Source of the DNA: Hemiscyllium ocellatum
Lineage: Eukaryota
Assembly: GCF_020745735.1 (NCBI RefSeq)
Contig: NC_083401.1
Span: forward strand, 137,265,740-137,329,739
DNA length: 64,000 nucleotides
Direction of reading: 5' to 3'
Each line of letters starts with the position of its first letter. The first letter of the stretch is position 1. The position numbers and the translations under genes are program-made. Positions 24,036 through 36,765 of the stretch are shown here, in pieces. A model generated the notes under the pieces. That model was not told where the DNA came from. It saw only the letters and a program-made list of their open reading frames with translations, and made no database searches.

Positions 24036-24594
24036 GCATTATAACCATGATTAAGCAAACACTGCCACAATCAACAACAATACAACTACATTGTCCAGGA
24101 GGCATGACATTTAAGATTAAAGCTGTGCTATAAGCATCTTCCCAATATTAGATACTAGAACACCAATGTCTACATCATAATGAGGAATTCTCACACTTGG
24201 CTAAGAAGGAATATCTTAATCTCAATTTCAATAAAAAGTTGGAAGAGGTTTATCAGTAGAAGTTAAGATGCTTCTTTCACTCACAGTACTATCAAATATT
24301 TAAAGGTTTAGGAAAGTTGAATACTGAATGCAGGATTATATTGAGACTAAACTTTTAAGTCTGTAAACATGCTGGAAGATTCTGCATCCCTTAATGAAGC
24401 TGGTGGAGAAGTAATCAGCAAAACTGACCAGAATGGCCAACAATTTGCTTGTCACAATACTAACTGAGTGGTGTTCTGGCGTGGTTACTGAACCTGTGAC
24501 TAAGGATACGATTTGAATTTGTGCCAACTTTAAACAATTCAACAAGGTGGGGAGAGGGAAATCCATCCTGCGTCTTACTTGTTACATCTTCCTT

Positions 24595-26840
24595 TAAGAG
24601 ATGTGGGTGATGGTGGCATTTATTGACATTTATTACCCATCACTAGTTCTACTTCAGAAGATGATTGTGAGCTGCCTTCTTGAACCATTGCAATACATTG
24701 GCTTTGACCCAGTGACACTGAAAGATCGATGACGTATTTCCAAATCAGGATGTTCGTGGCTAGAGGGGGGAGGTGAAGTTGCACATGCTGGTGTTCCCTG
24801 CAGTCCTTGTCATAGAGTCATAGAGATGTACAGCATGGAAACAGACCCTTCGGTCCAACCGTCCATGCCGACCAGATATCCCAACACAATCTAGTCCCAC
24901 CTGCCAGCACTCAGTCCATTTCCCTCAAAACCGTTCCTATTCATATACCCATCCAAATATCTTTTAAATGTTGCAATTGTACCAGCCTCCACCACTTCCT
25001 CTGGCAGCTCATTCCATACACGTACCACCCTCTGTGTGAAAAAGTTGTCCCTTAGGTCTCTTTTATATCTTTCCCGTCTCACCCTAAGCCTATGCCCTCT
25101 AGTTCTGGACTCCCCCACCCCAGGGAAAAGACTTTGTCTATTTATCCTATCCATGCCCCTCATAATTTTGTAAACCTCTATAAGGACACCCCTCAGCCTC
25201 CAACGCTCCAGGGAAAACAAGCCCAGCCTGTTCAGCCTCTCCCCATAGCTCAAATCCTCCAACCCTGGCAACATCCTTGTAAATCTTTTCTGAACCCTTT
25301 CAAGTTTCACAACATTGTTCCAATAGGAAGGAGACCAGAATTGCACACAATATTCCAACAGTGGCCTAACCAATGTCCTGTACAGTCACAACATGACCTC
25401 CCAACTCCTGTACTCAATACTCTGACCATTAAAGAAAGCATACCAAACACCTTCTTCACTATCCTATCTACCTGCGACTCCACTTTCAAGGAGCTATGAA
25501 CCTGCACTCTTTGTTCAGCAACACTCCCTAGGACCTTACCATTAAATGTATAAGTCCTGCTAAGATTTGCTTTCCCAAAATGCAGCACCTTGCATTTATC
25601 TGAATTAAACTCAATCTGCCACTTCTAGGCCCATTGGCCTAATTGATCAAGATGCTGTTATAATCTGAGGTAATCTTCTTCGCTGTGCACTACACCTCCA
25701 ATTTTGGTGTCATCTGCAAACTTACTAACTGTACCTCTTATGCTTGCATCCAAATCATTTATGTAAATGACAAAAAGCACCAATCCTTGTGGCACTCCAC
25801 TGGTCACAGGCCTCCAGTCTGAAAAACAACCCTCCACTACCACCCTCTGTCTTCTACCTTTGAGCCAGTTCTGTATCCAAATGGCTAGTTCTCCCTTTGT
25901 TCCATGAGATCTAATCTTGCTCACCAGTCTCCCATGGGGAACCTTCATGAGTTTGTAAGATTCTGTCTCAGGATTATGAGAAAATTTCTGCAGTGCGTCT
26001 TGCAGATGGTACACTACTGCTACTGCTGAGCATCAGTGTTAGAGTACTGAATGTTTATGGATGTAGTGCCAATCAAATGGATTGCTTTTTCCTGAAGAAT
26101 CTCATACTTTCTGAGTGTCGATGGAGCTGCACCCATCCATCACCCTCCTAATTTTGTAGATGGTAAACAGACTTTGGTGAGTCAGAAGGTGAGCTAAACA
26201 CTGCAGGATGCCTAACCTCTAACCTTCTCTTCCAGCTACAGTATTTGTATGGCTTATCCACTTCAGCTTCTGGTCAGTTTAGGATGTTTAATGTGTGGGA
26301 TTCAGCTATGATAATGTAATTGAATATCAAGAGTGATGTTTAGATTCTCTTGTTGGAGATGGTTATTGCCTGGCATTTGTGTGCTGTGAATGCTACTTGC
26401 CATTTATCAGCTTAAAGCCTGAATACTGTCCAGAACTTGCTGCATTTGGGGACCAACTACTTCAGTATCTGAGGAGTCGTGAATGATGTTGAACACTGTG
26501 TAATTATTGACAAATATCTCTTCTTCTGACATTTTGATGGAAGGAAGATCATTAATGAAGCAGCTGGAAATGGTTGGGCCTAGGACTCTACCCTGAGGAA
26601 CTCCTGCAGAGATATCTTGGAGCTGAGAAGACTGACCTCCAAAAACTACAACCACCTTCCTTTGTAATAGGTCTGATTCCAACCAGTGGAGAGGTTACCC
26701 CTGGATTCTGATTGGTTCTAGTTTTGCTCGGACTCCTTAATGCCTCACTTAGCCAAATTGTGGCCTTAATGTTAAGGGCAGCCACTCTCACCTCACCGCT
26801 GTAATTCAGCTATTTTGTCCACATTTGAACCAAAGCTGTA
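24595..26840 (-). mobile_element. Old CR1/L2-superfamily LINE 3' portion interrupting the Gypsy RT
   Basis: DISAGVPQGRVLGPTISSCFINDLPS (ORF 26407-26682). The tail matches 14540-14685. It is itself interrupted at 24810-25945. Confidence 0.75.
24810..25945 (-). mobile_element. HER1-type CR1 LINE, 5'-truncated, relatively young
   Basis: ORFs 25658-26014, 25307-25588 and 24891-25373 ([38 protein letters not shown]), with a (CTCTATGA)2 tail. Confidence 0.92.
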
Positions 26841-27400
26841 ATGTCTAATATTGATGTGATAGTTTACTTAAACTCTCAAAGTAAAGTTTTCACAAAATGC
26901 AATGCAAACTGTAGATTACAGATAGGTGCCGTTGGATGAGCCATCTCCATTATTTACTTGCTTATGACATTCGTAACTCCATTTGGGAAGCTTTAAGAGT
27001 GAACCAGTTGGGATCTCCTCAGCCCCTGAGATTTTTTAATGAACTATTTCTAGCACACTATGAGATCTTCACAGGATCATATGTCAAATGGATGACATAT
27101 TGCTGCATTGAGAAATAATTAAAGAGCATGATCAGAAAGTCCATTTTATGTTAAAGTACTTATGAACAGCAGAGTTAACAAGAAGTGTGAATTCTCGAAG
27201 AAATTATCTCAGTTCTTGGGACAAATTGTGAACAGTTAGTTTTAATGGTCAATCCTCAGAAGTTGAAAGCCATTGGGAGTTGCACACTTTAAAGTCAATA
27301 CAACATCACTTAAAAGATTCTTAGGGATGGTAAATCACTTTTGCCTTACTTAGAACCCACTCAAGAAAATGCAGGGATCCTGTTGGAACCCACATTAAGA

Positions 27401-27486
27401 TGAGCTTATCCACAAAATGTTGATTCTCCTGCTCCTCTGACGCTGCCTGACCTGCTGTGCTTTTCTAGCGTCACACTTTTTGACAG
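27401..27486 (+). mobile_element. Family A Penelope-tail mini-insertion (degenerate hammerhead)
   Basis: TSD acattaaga at 27392-27400 and 27487-27495. Body gattctcctgctcctctgacgctgcctgacctgctgtgcttttctagc. Confidence 0.8.
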
Positions 27487-29769
27487 ACATTAAGAGATTG
27501 TTTTACAGAGAATCAAGGGCATGTTGACATCACCAGCTGCCTGAACACACACTAATCCATCCTTTCCAACCACCACAGCAGCCAATGCTTCAGCAAAAAG
27601 CTTAGGAGCAGTATTCTGATAAACCAGTTCACTAAGCGTTATAATATCACAGAAGTACAAAATACCATAATGGAGAAATTGGCTCTGTTGGTTACATGAA
27701 TATGTGAGAGATTTTCAGACTGCAATCTAGCTTGGAAAGTGGTCATTATAAGGTATCACAACCATTAGTTTCTGTATCCTTAATGGCATCCTTGCTATTT
27801 CCTTCTCACCATGGAGAAAGATGTTGACTTTCATGAGCTTTTCTATGAAACAGTCTATGGGTAGGCAAAACTGCAGACAATAGCAAATACTCTGTCCAGA
27901 GCTTTAGTATGTAGTCTTACCGTGCATAATGTGAATTCATTCATGAAACTGAACCATCGGCAGTGTCCTGCTGACCACAGTCAGATCCTAGAGCAACAAG
28001 AGCTGTTTCGACATCTTTCAGCATTGTGTCGAAGGTTGGCCAGATCAGATGCCCAGCAGATTGTCCATGAAAATGTACTTGAAGCAGTAGTGTTTTAGAA
28101 TTATTAAGATTTTTGTGTGACAAATCACTAGGTTTAGGAAGATGCCCAGGGAAGCTGTGCCAGGCTCTGTGGCAATCACCAAGTGCAGAGTCAGAGCTCA
28201 GTCAGTGGTATGGTGGACTGGGATCTCCAAGACATCGAGGATCTCATCACTGATTGTGAGATGTGTACTGGGTCCAAATAGCAGAACAAAGAAAGCCATT
28301 GTTACCTACCATGCTCTCCACCAGACTCTGGAAACATGTGGACACAGCTTGTTGTTTTTCACAGAAGGTCTTAACTCATTGTCATCGATTTATTTCTCAG
28401 CAGATAGATGTTAAGAAGTTGCATTCTATAACTACAGATGCAATTATTGGACTTTTATATGAGATTTGTGATGCATTGGAATCCTGATGTGGTTGTTTCG
28501 AACTACAGGCTGCAGTTTGCTGATGAGAACTTCAGCTGATTTAAAGCCATTTCTGAATTTGAATGTGTCACAAGCTTACTGAGATACTTACAATCAAATG
28601 GGGGAAGCCATACATTGGACCAGGGCAATTAAGTCACTCTTAAAGAATACTGACAGCTGTATGGCACTGCTAAATTATGGCTCCACCCCATTCCAATGTG
28701 ATCCAGCACCATTGACATGTGGATGGACTAAAAGCTGAAGAAAGCTCACAACACAACCAAAGAAAGTGATTTCACAAGACTACAGTGTACCAAGGTACAT
28801 GTAAAAAGGAGCAATCCTATCATGTGCATAAGGTGACACACCACAGAAGGTATATCATGCAAGATAGTTGTCACATTTTGGATAGGTGAGTTAGATTTGG
28901 ATTGGGGATCTGAACAAAAGAAGCTATGGTTATCAAGAGGTTGAGACTAGCAGAGGTCATTGCTGCCATACCAATGGTACAGCATAAACCTTATCCCAAT
29001 ATAGGTTAATCATTTAGCATGGATGGATTAGGTTGAAGTCAGTGGGGAACTTGATAATGCAAGGGGCCCATAAGCATCTCAGTGTGAGGGACAGTGTCAA
29101 AGTCAATGGTCTTCAACCAGCGAAATGCCAAACTTTCGGGATTAGAAAGCATATATTCTGGGAGAATAGGTTAAGCCTCCAGAACACTTGAAGTTACAAA
29201 GTTACAGAGAGTTGGAGAGAGATGAATTCTGGTAAATATAATTACGTAGATAGATGTATAATATTAATAATGAAAGAAAAACCGAGGAGAATTTTTCTAT
29301 ATCATTCTGCAACAAATATTTCCAGTATCTTCTGATTCCATTTTCCATCTGGATTGCTTTTTTCTTAATTTTAGCGATTTGTGTACTTGAACACACATAT
29401 TCCTTTCCTCCTCTGCAGCTCTCGGTTTTACCATTATTATTCTAAATGATCTTTGTCAGATTTGAAGTAACTCACCTTATGTTTTTTCCACATTGGACTC
29501 CACCTATCATAAATGTTCCCACCCACATAGCCTATGACCTTTTGTAGCTTCTATGTAAATGACTGAGTCACTTAAATTTTTAAACTTGGATATGCCAAGC
29601 TATAAAATTTAAATTTCAAGCATTTGAATGATCATTCACACACATTAGGCACAGCATGTTTAAGAAGGTTTGTGCAGGTTTCTCAATTTTTAATGTGATT
29701 TATGCTAATGAGAAAGAGGTAAATTCAATAAAATAAAACTAAAAAGATGTGGAGTCTAATTTTTTTAAG

Positions 29770-29990
29770 CAGAAGCTAGTTTGTGTATAGAATGAATTTT
29801 CTGACGAAGTGGTGGATTTGGGTACAATTACAACATTGAAAAGACATTTGGATATGTACAGGAATAGGAAAAGTTTGAAGGGATATGGGCCAAGAGCAGG
29901 CAGGTTTGACTAGTTTGGTTTGGGATTATGCTTAGCATGGACTGGTTGGACTGTAGGGCCTGTTTTGTGCTGTATGACTTGATGACTCTA
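29770..29990 (+). mobile_element. HER1/CR1 3' fragment
   Basis: Diverged copy of the CR1 3' end, finishing tatgacttgatgactct. Confidence 0.75.
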
Positions 29991-30184
29991 ATAGTTCAGT
30001 TCTCCTGAACTTATAAAAAAAATTGTTTGTTTCCTGCCATGTCTAAAGTAATAGACATAATTTTCCATGCACTTTAAACCAATGTAATGATGAAAATTTA
30101 TGTGTACATCTCTTTAGTGTGAGAGCTATGCCATTATGTATAGTTGGAAAGTGTTACAGCGTAGAGATCAGTAGACAGATGTGA

Positions 30185-30395
30185 AAGAGCAAATAAACTT
30201 GCTGTCGCACGTACCGAGATACAGTGAAAAGTTTTGTATTGCATGTTATCCTGGCAGATCGTACCATACAAAGTGCATGAAGGTAGCAGAAAAGAATGCA
30301 GAATACCGTGTTACAGCAACAGAGAGAGAAATCAGGATTAACATTTGAGCGATGCATTCAAAATTCTGAGAACAGCGGGGAATAAGCTGTTTACA
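30185..30395 (-). mobile_element. LINE 3'-end fragment (possibly Rex/Babar- or L2-like)
   Basis: Minus-strand tail ttttcactgtatctcggtacgtgcgacagcaag. The family assignment is tentative. Confidence 0.4.
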
Positions 30396-30551
30396 TGCAT
30401 CTAAGTATCCTCAATCTTGTTGTGTTTTATGTCCTGATCACATGCTTCTCTGGGCATGGGAGATTCCATCCTTTTCTAATACAATGTGCAGCAGATACAC
30501 AAGTTACAAGGCTAACAGAGAATCAAGTCAAATGACTCTGTTTGTATTTGC

Positions 30552-31438
30552 CTTTGCAGATGACACCAAAATAGGTGGTGTAGTGCACAGTGAAGAAGAT
30601 TATGTCAGTGTATAATGGGACCTTGATCAGTTGGGCACATGGGCTGAAAAATGGCACTTGGAGATTAATTTAAATAACTGTGAGGTTTTGCATTTTGGTA
30701 AGGCAAACCAGGGCAGGACTTATCTAGTTAATGGTGGGGCCCTGGGGAGTGTTGCTGAACAAAAGGATGCAGGTGCATAGAGTGGTGTAAGAGGCAGACA
30801 GGATGGTGCAGAAGATATTTAGTATGCTTGCCTCCATTGATCATAACATTGAGTACAGGAGTTGAGATGTCATGTTGCCGCTGTACAACACACTGATGAA
30901 GGCACTTTTGGAATGCTGCATACAATTCTGGTTGCCCTCCCATAGAAAGGATGTTGTTTAACTTGAAAGGGAGCAGAAAATGTTTACAAGTATGTTGCCA
31001 GGAGTGGAGGGTTTGAGTGATACGGAAAGGCTGAATAGGCTGGGGCGTTTTTTCCTGGAGCAACGGAGACTGAGACCTTATAGAGATTTATAAAATCATG
31101 AGGTGCATGGACAAGATGAACAGCCAAGGTCTTTTTCCTAGGGTGGGAGAGTTCAAAACTAAAGGGCATATGTTTAAGGGGAGAGAGGAAAGATTTAAAA
31201 AGGGCTTGAGGGGTAACTTCTTCACATAGAGTGGTATGTATTTGGAATGAGCTACCACAGGAAGTGGTGAAAGCGGGTACAATTACACAATTTAAAAGGC
31301 ACCTGGATGGATACATGAAAGAGGAAGGGTTTAGAAGGATATGGGCCAAATGCTGACAAATGGAACTAGATTAATTTAGGACATCTGGTCGGCTTGGATG
31401 AGTTGGGCCAAAGGGTCTGTTTCCACACTCTATGACTG
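30552..31438 (+). mobile_element. HER1-type CR1 3' fragment
   Basis: Starts at tttgcagatgacaccaaaataggtggt (FADDTKIGG) and ends ctctatgact. Confidence 0.9.
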
Positions 31439-32477
31439 ACAGTTTGTATTTGATTTTGAGCAAGGAGAGGACAGCATTTCCACAGGGCTTTTGGGAAGAA
31501 GCCCCATTGTTAGGATATAAATAGGTAATATTCTGGTTAAAATATGGCCCATTTGCAAAATCTGATGAGAAGAGGCAGTCTCAAATCTCAGAGCAGCAGC
31601 CCAATGTGGTGATCTTATAAAGGAAGAAAAGGATAGTATATTTAAAAAGTTATCGAGTGGACATCAACTTGGTTCTTAGAGTTTGAAGCTTTTATTATTT
31701 TTTCTGACCAAGGAACTAGATGAAAGTTGCCTACTGTAATTATCTAATAATTTTAGATAGCTGTTCTATACGCTTGCTCATTTTCTTAAAATTAATTCAT
31801 TGCTATTTCAAACTTAAAACAAACACTTTTATGTGATGCATTAGAACTTTTGAAGATCAAAATGAGATCTTAAGAAGACATGAATTCAATCTCGTAGCAA
31901 ACAATAATAATCAAACTATTTCCCAGATGCATTTTGTTTCCTAGGGTGGGAGAATGGAGAAGTGGCAATCACTCCTAACCATGGTCTTAAAAACCAGGAA
32001 CAAATGTAAACCTGAATTAGAATGTGTTTTCAAAATGCAGCATTTACATTGCAACTTTTCTCTTCACATTGAAATTGACATTGAAAAGAACGAGACATGT
32101 TGGTAGATAAATGTGCAAGAAGATGGTATATTATGAACATTGAAAATGATTCCCAGAAGTAGCTGCAGTCTGCATGTCTGAGATTAATTCGGCTTCAGAG
32201 TGTTAAAAACTTTGAACAGGAAAACATGGTTTAACATAAAAGAAGTAACTGAGTTTTTTGCAGAAGGCTTGAGCAAATGGGAATGCATGGGAAACATAGT
32301 TGGGGTTAGAGAATGCCTTTAGATGAAGGGTAAAACTTCCAAAGAATAAAATTAGTGGGAAAAAAAATGGAGAAGTCACAAAATTGGGTGTCAGAACCAG
32401 AACGCATAGTTAACCTATTCCCATTATCGCAGGCAACAAGTAAAAATCATGCTAAACCAAAAGCAACATACTCGAAG

Positions 32478-33485
32478 GTAGGAGACAGAGGGTGGTGGTG
32501 GACGGTTGTTTTTCAGACTGGAGACCAGTGGAGTGCCACAAGGATCAGTGCTGGGTCCACTATTTTTTTGTCATTTATATAAATTATTTGGATGTGAACA
32601 TAGGAGGTGTACTTAGTATGATTGCAGATGACACCAAAATTGGAGGTGTAGTGGACAGCAAAGAAGGTTACCGCAGATTACAACAGGATCTTGATCAGAT
32701 GGGCCAGTGAGCTGAGGAGTGGCAGATGGTGTTTAATTTAGATAAATGTGAGGTGCTGCATTTTGGGAAAGCAAATCAGAGCTGGACCTATACACCTTAA
32801 TGGTAAGGTGCAGGTTCATAGCTCCATGAAAGTAAAGTCGCAGGTTGATAGGATAGTGAAGAATGCTTTCCCTTACTGGTCAAAGTATTGAGTACAGGAG
32901 TTGGGAGGTCATGTTGCGGCTGTACAGGACTTTGGCTAGGCCTCTGTTGGAATATTGTATGCAATTCTGCTCTCCTTCCTATTGGAAGGATGTTGTGAAA
33001 CTTCAGAAAAGATTTACAAGAATGTTGCCAGGGTTGGAGGACTTGAGTTATAAAGAGAGGATGGATAGGCTGGGGCTGTTTTCCCTGGAGCTTCGGAGGC
33101 TGATGGGTGACCTTATAGAAGTTTATAAAATCATGAGGGGCACGGATACGGTAAATAGTCAAGGTCTTTTCCCTGGAGTGATGGAGTCCAGAACTAGAGG
33201 GCATAGGTTTAAGGTGAGCGGGGAAAGATATAAGAGAGAGACCTACAGGGCAACTTTTTCACGCAGAGGGTGGTGCGTGTGTGGAATGAGCTGCCAGAGG
33301 AATTGGTGGAAGCTGGTATAATTGCAGCATTTAAAAGGCATATGAATGGATATATGAATAGGAAGGGTTTAGAGGGATATGGGCCAAGTACTGGCAAATG
33401 GGACTAGATTAGGCTAGGATATCTGGTCGGCATGGACAAGTTGGAATGTTTCCATGCTCTACATCTCTATAACTCTCTGACTCTA
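32478..33485 (+). mobile_element. HER1-type CR1 3' fragment
   Basis: ORFs 32492-32710 and 32863-33321 ([22 protein letters not shown]) and a ctctataactctctgactct tail. Confidence 0.9.
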
Positions 33486-35762
33486 CTGCTAATGCTGGAG
33501 ATCTGAGATAAGACTGAAAATTCTGGAGGCCCTTTCTGAGGCAGACAGAAACAGAATTCATGTTTCTCGTCCAATGTGGTTCTTTTATGCTGCCTCCTTA
33601 TTGCAAGGGTAGCAATACCCTACTGAGCAGCTGCAAAAATGTCTCCGCTTCAGTCACAATGCAAGCAAAAGCGACCCAGGTCTGAGTGCTGCTGTTGAAG
33701 ATAAGGCTAATTTCATCAAATCTTAGCTTTTTGTCGTGAAAGCACAGTTTGTTGCTGTATAGACTCAGACTGCTCCCATCTAGGCTTCAGATACGAGTGC
33801 TGAAAGGAGATTGCAGGCTCTCTCTGCAGTCCATCAATCTGTCCAAAACAGGCAACTCTTTCAGGAAGAAATCAATTGTTGCTCCCAACCTGCACTCGCC
33901 GGGTGTCTGTCAGCCAGCTGTTCTAAACCTAAGGCTGTCCTGCAACCCCCTCCCCCACTGAATATCTGCAGCTTTCTCCCAGCCATTCAAGCAGCGTGGG
34001 CTGTGTGGTCAGTAGCTGCTGATTAAGCAGACCAATTCTTGCTACTTGAAAATTGCTTATGGGTCCTGCAAATATTGTGAGACCTCGATTAGTATTTTCC
34101 CCATAGTCTTCCACCTGAGAAGCACAGCTGCTAACTTTCAGTTTTCAAAAATGTTTGAGGCTGGAAATACATAAGGAATGGTACAGGATCAGGTGCAACC
34201 CAATAATTAGAGTCTGATTCCCAATGGCCAGAGTCCCTGATAATGACCTAGCGAGATCTAAATCCATCCTTATAAAATTGCTGTATTCTTTGATGTTTTG
34301 AGAAGGACTCTGAGCATGAAGTTCCCCTCCCTGGAGGTGGTGAGAGAAATGCTGGGAAGGGGAAATAATTGAGCACATTGGTCTTGGTGAGGTACGTGCC
34401 CTGTTGTCACCATCTCACTATTAAGTTCTGGCCAACAAGATCCATTGACGACCTTTTCAGTTTTTCACCAATTAAGTCTCTTAAGTGGCCAATAAATGAC
34501 CAAGTAAGTGCCCCGAAGTGCTGTCTCATGGATTGCCTGTCTTTCCCAGCAGTGAGAAAGGTGGCTTGTTTCCCAGGAAAGCAGGGCAAAATGCTTGCGA
34601 ATTGGGAGTTGGCCTCTAATTGCTCTAATTAGGGGGGATTGGGGGGGGGGGGGGGTGGGGTTGGAAGGGCGACAATCAAAGTTACACCGCAAGGCCTTTC
34701 AGGAGCCATGCCCATGACACCAATAACTTCCAACCTGCAAAAAGAATATAAAAGAAGTTACCTCCTCACCACTGGATCTCCCAAGAAATAGGCCTTGCAT
34801 GACAGTCCTCAGGCCCCAGAAAGTGCCATCTTCTGATTAACTGGGAGCTTGTGATGACCTGGAAAACCACAGTCAAGGCCTGTGATGGACCAAACATCTC
34901 GCCTGCGCTCAGATTGTCAGTTCTTAGTGAGTTATTCTCACAGGATAGTTTGGGTTTTCTTCTCAGTGAGGATGGTATGTTAATGTTCACCTTACATGCT
35001 TTCCCGCATACTTCTCAAGAGATAACATTAGAAAATTATGCCCACAGGTGTATACACGATTGCTTTTTTTTAAAGATATTTTTATTAGAAATTTAATATT
35101 TTGACAGATTTACAAAAATAAACAGAACTTTCAAGCACAAACATTAATATAAAATTAGATCTTAAATATATAATCATCAAAATTCAAAGGAATGATACTA
35201 AAGAAGAAAGAAAAACAATGAAACTCAGTTAACTACTAATCTAATCCACAATTATCCAGAGTGTATAGTTGAGTCACTTACATCCTTCAAACAAGAGAAA
35301 ATGTTCTCTAATACACTCATAACAGTATAATAAAAAGGAAACTATTTCCAAACAATAAGAACAAAAAAAAAACATGTTTGAATGGAGATCCTCCCCCTTG
35401 TTCTCAGGGGGCCTTACTTCCTTTCTAAAGGTCCACCATATCCTCTCCCAAACAGTGTCCCACCCTTGACCCGGGCGCTCCTTAATAGGATTTAGATATA
35501 ATACCGAGCTAGAGTTGACAGTGAGCGCCCCACCCCCACCCCTCCCCACCCATACCTGAGTATATCTGATAGCATCAATGCCACGTACAAACACACATAA
35601 CTATAAAATTACAACTCCAACAAATTACAGTTAAGTATAATAACATAAAATAGCAAGAGAAGACAACCCTTCTCCCAGAAGCAAAAGTAAAGTAGAGTAA
35701 AGTATCCATTTCTCCCCACGGAGTGTGGAAGAGGCAAGCCAACATAAATTGTCTCTTACGAT

Positions 35763-36599
35763 TTATTTAAACGAGTCTAAAAGTTCCTTAGCCTCTTCTG
35801 GTGATCTAAAATTATACTCGGATCCTTCGTGGGTAAAGCATAACGTCGCTGGGTAGCGTAAGGTGTATTGAATATTTAAGTTCCTTAGACATTTCTTCAC
35901 CTCATCAAACGCCTTCCTCCTTCGTGCCAAAGCCGGGGAGAAGTCCTGAAATAACATAATCTTGGATCCTTCATGAATCATAGCTTTAGGATCCTTTCCA
36001 AGATTTCTGGAGGCATCCAGGAGTATCTGCCTCTCCCTATAACTCTGCAGCCGGAACAGGACCGGGCGTGGGCGCTGGTTTGGGCCAGATCCGCGTGCTG
36101 CGACCCGGTAGGCCCACTCCACCCTTACCCGGTCAGTTTCAGCCCCCAGGTTTAAAAGCTGGGGCAACCATCGCTCCAGAAATACTACTAACTGTCCCTT
36201 CTCTTCTTGTTCAGGGAGGCCCAGAAGACGGATATTCTTTCTCCGATTTCTATTATCCAGGTCATCCATGTAGATTTCAAAGGCCCGGACTCTCTGCTCC
36301 AGAGCTCGCACCTGTTCTGCAGCTGTTTGTGCTGCAGCCTCGGAGGTCGTGGCCTTTAGCTCCGCCCCCTCCACTCGGCCCTGTAATTCCTCGAGAGCCT
36401 GGCTGTACTTTTGTAACTTTTCTTCGAATGCATTCCATCTCTGTCGGGATTCTGCGATGAAATTGACGAGTGTCGTTTCCAGCCTGGCAATCATCTCTTC
36501 AAGGCCTGTTTTTACATCAGCTGCAGCTGGAGGAGGAGAGGAGGGTGGGGGAGGGGTCTTTGTTTTCTGAGAGCTGCGGGATCCCTTTGGTTTACTCAT
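35763..36599 (-). CDS. L1-type ORF1p (coiled coil, RRM and CTD; Transposase_22-like), 278 aa, intact
   Basis: Heptad-rich N-terminal half, DDLDNRNRRKNIRLLGLPE, VEWAYRV, RPRPVLFRL, FQDFSPALARRRKAF and LRYPATL. These correspond to the L1 ORF1p motifs RxNLRIxGIPE, ERAHR, PRxIIxxF, DxS, ARR and YPAKL. Confidence 0.92.
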   Translation of the reverse strand: MSKPKGSRSSQKTKTPPPPSSPPPAAADVKTGLEEMIARLETTLVNFIAESRQRWNAFEEKLQKYSQALEELQGRVEGAELKATTSEAAAQTAAEQVRALEQRVRAFEIYMDDLDNRNRRKNIRLLGLPEQEEKGQLVVFLERWLPQLLNLGAETDRVRVEWAYRVAARGSGPNQRPRPVLFRLQSYRERQILLDASRNLGKDPKAMIHEGSKIMLFQDFSPALARRRKAFDEVKKCLRNLNIQYTLRYPATLCFTHEGSEYNFRSPEEAKELLDSFK

Positions 36600-36751
36600 T
36601 ATCCACTTAATATTAAACTGCTTAAATATAATAGTAAACAGCTAATTAAGGTTAGAAAATTTTTTTGGGTGGTTTGGTAAGTGTGGTGGGGGTGAGTAAC
36701 TCACTTTACCCAGGTTTTGGGAAGAGCTCTGTAAACTCAGACTTGCTGAGT

Positions 36752-36765
36752 CGCCGCCATCTTGG
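36752..36765 (-). promoter_or_regulatory. YY1-type motif at the 5' end of the half-L1 (internal Pol II promoter)
   Basis: Minus-strand CCAAGATGGCGGCG within the first 20 nt of the element, the same motif and position as in mammalian L1 5' ends. Confidence 0.7.

Larger units (their letters stand above)
20510..29200 (+). mobile_element. Highly decayed Ty3/Gypsy LTR retrotransposon internal region (gag-pro-RT-RNaseH-IN), fragmented by insertions
   Basis: Manual translation gives gag LKASDNYFNFRSIENLERARFNRRSQ (about 20720-20800) and GIADESLPDLL (about 21180); protease-like LHCPGG (about 24090); KGLGKLNTE (about 24305); RT TEWCSGVV (about 24465), TFVTPFG, ISSAPEIF and QMDDILLH (about 27085); RNase H ANASAKSLGAV and MEKLALLVT*ICERFSD (27580-27720); integrase ITKCRVRAQSVVWWTGISK and IDVKKLHSITTDAIIG. 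Confidence 0.8.

Noticed and set aside
35274-35594. Possible ORF2 or second ORF of the half-L1
   Set aside because: The 106-aa frame has no APE or RT motifs, lacks an ATG at the listed start and runs into low-complexity 3' UTR.
35763-36599. Domesticated L1TD1-like host gene
   Set aside because: The perfect TSD, poly(A) and L1-type 5' end indicate a recent mobile insertion and not an old fixed gene.
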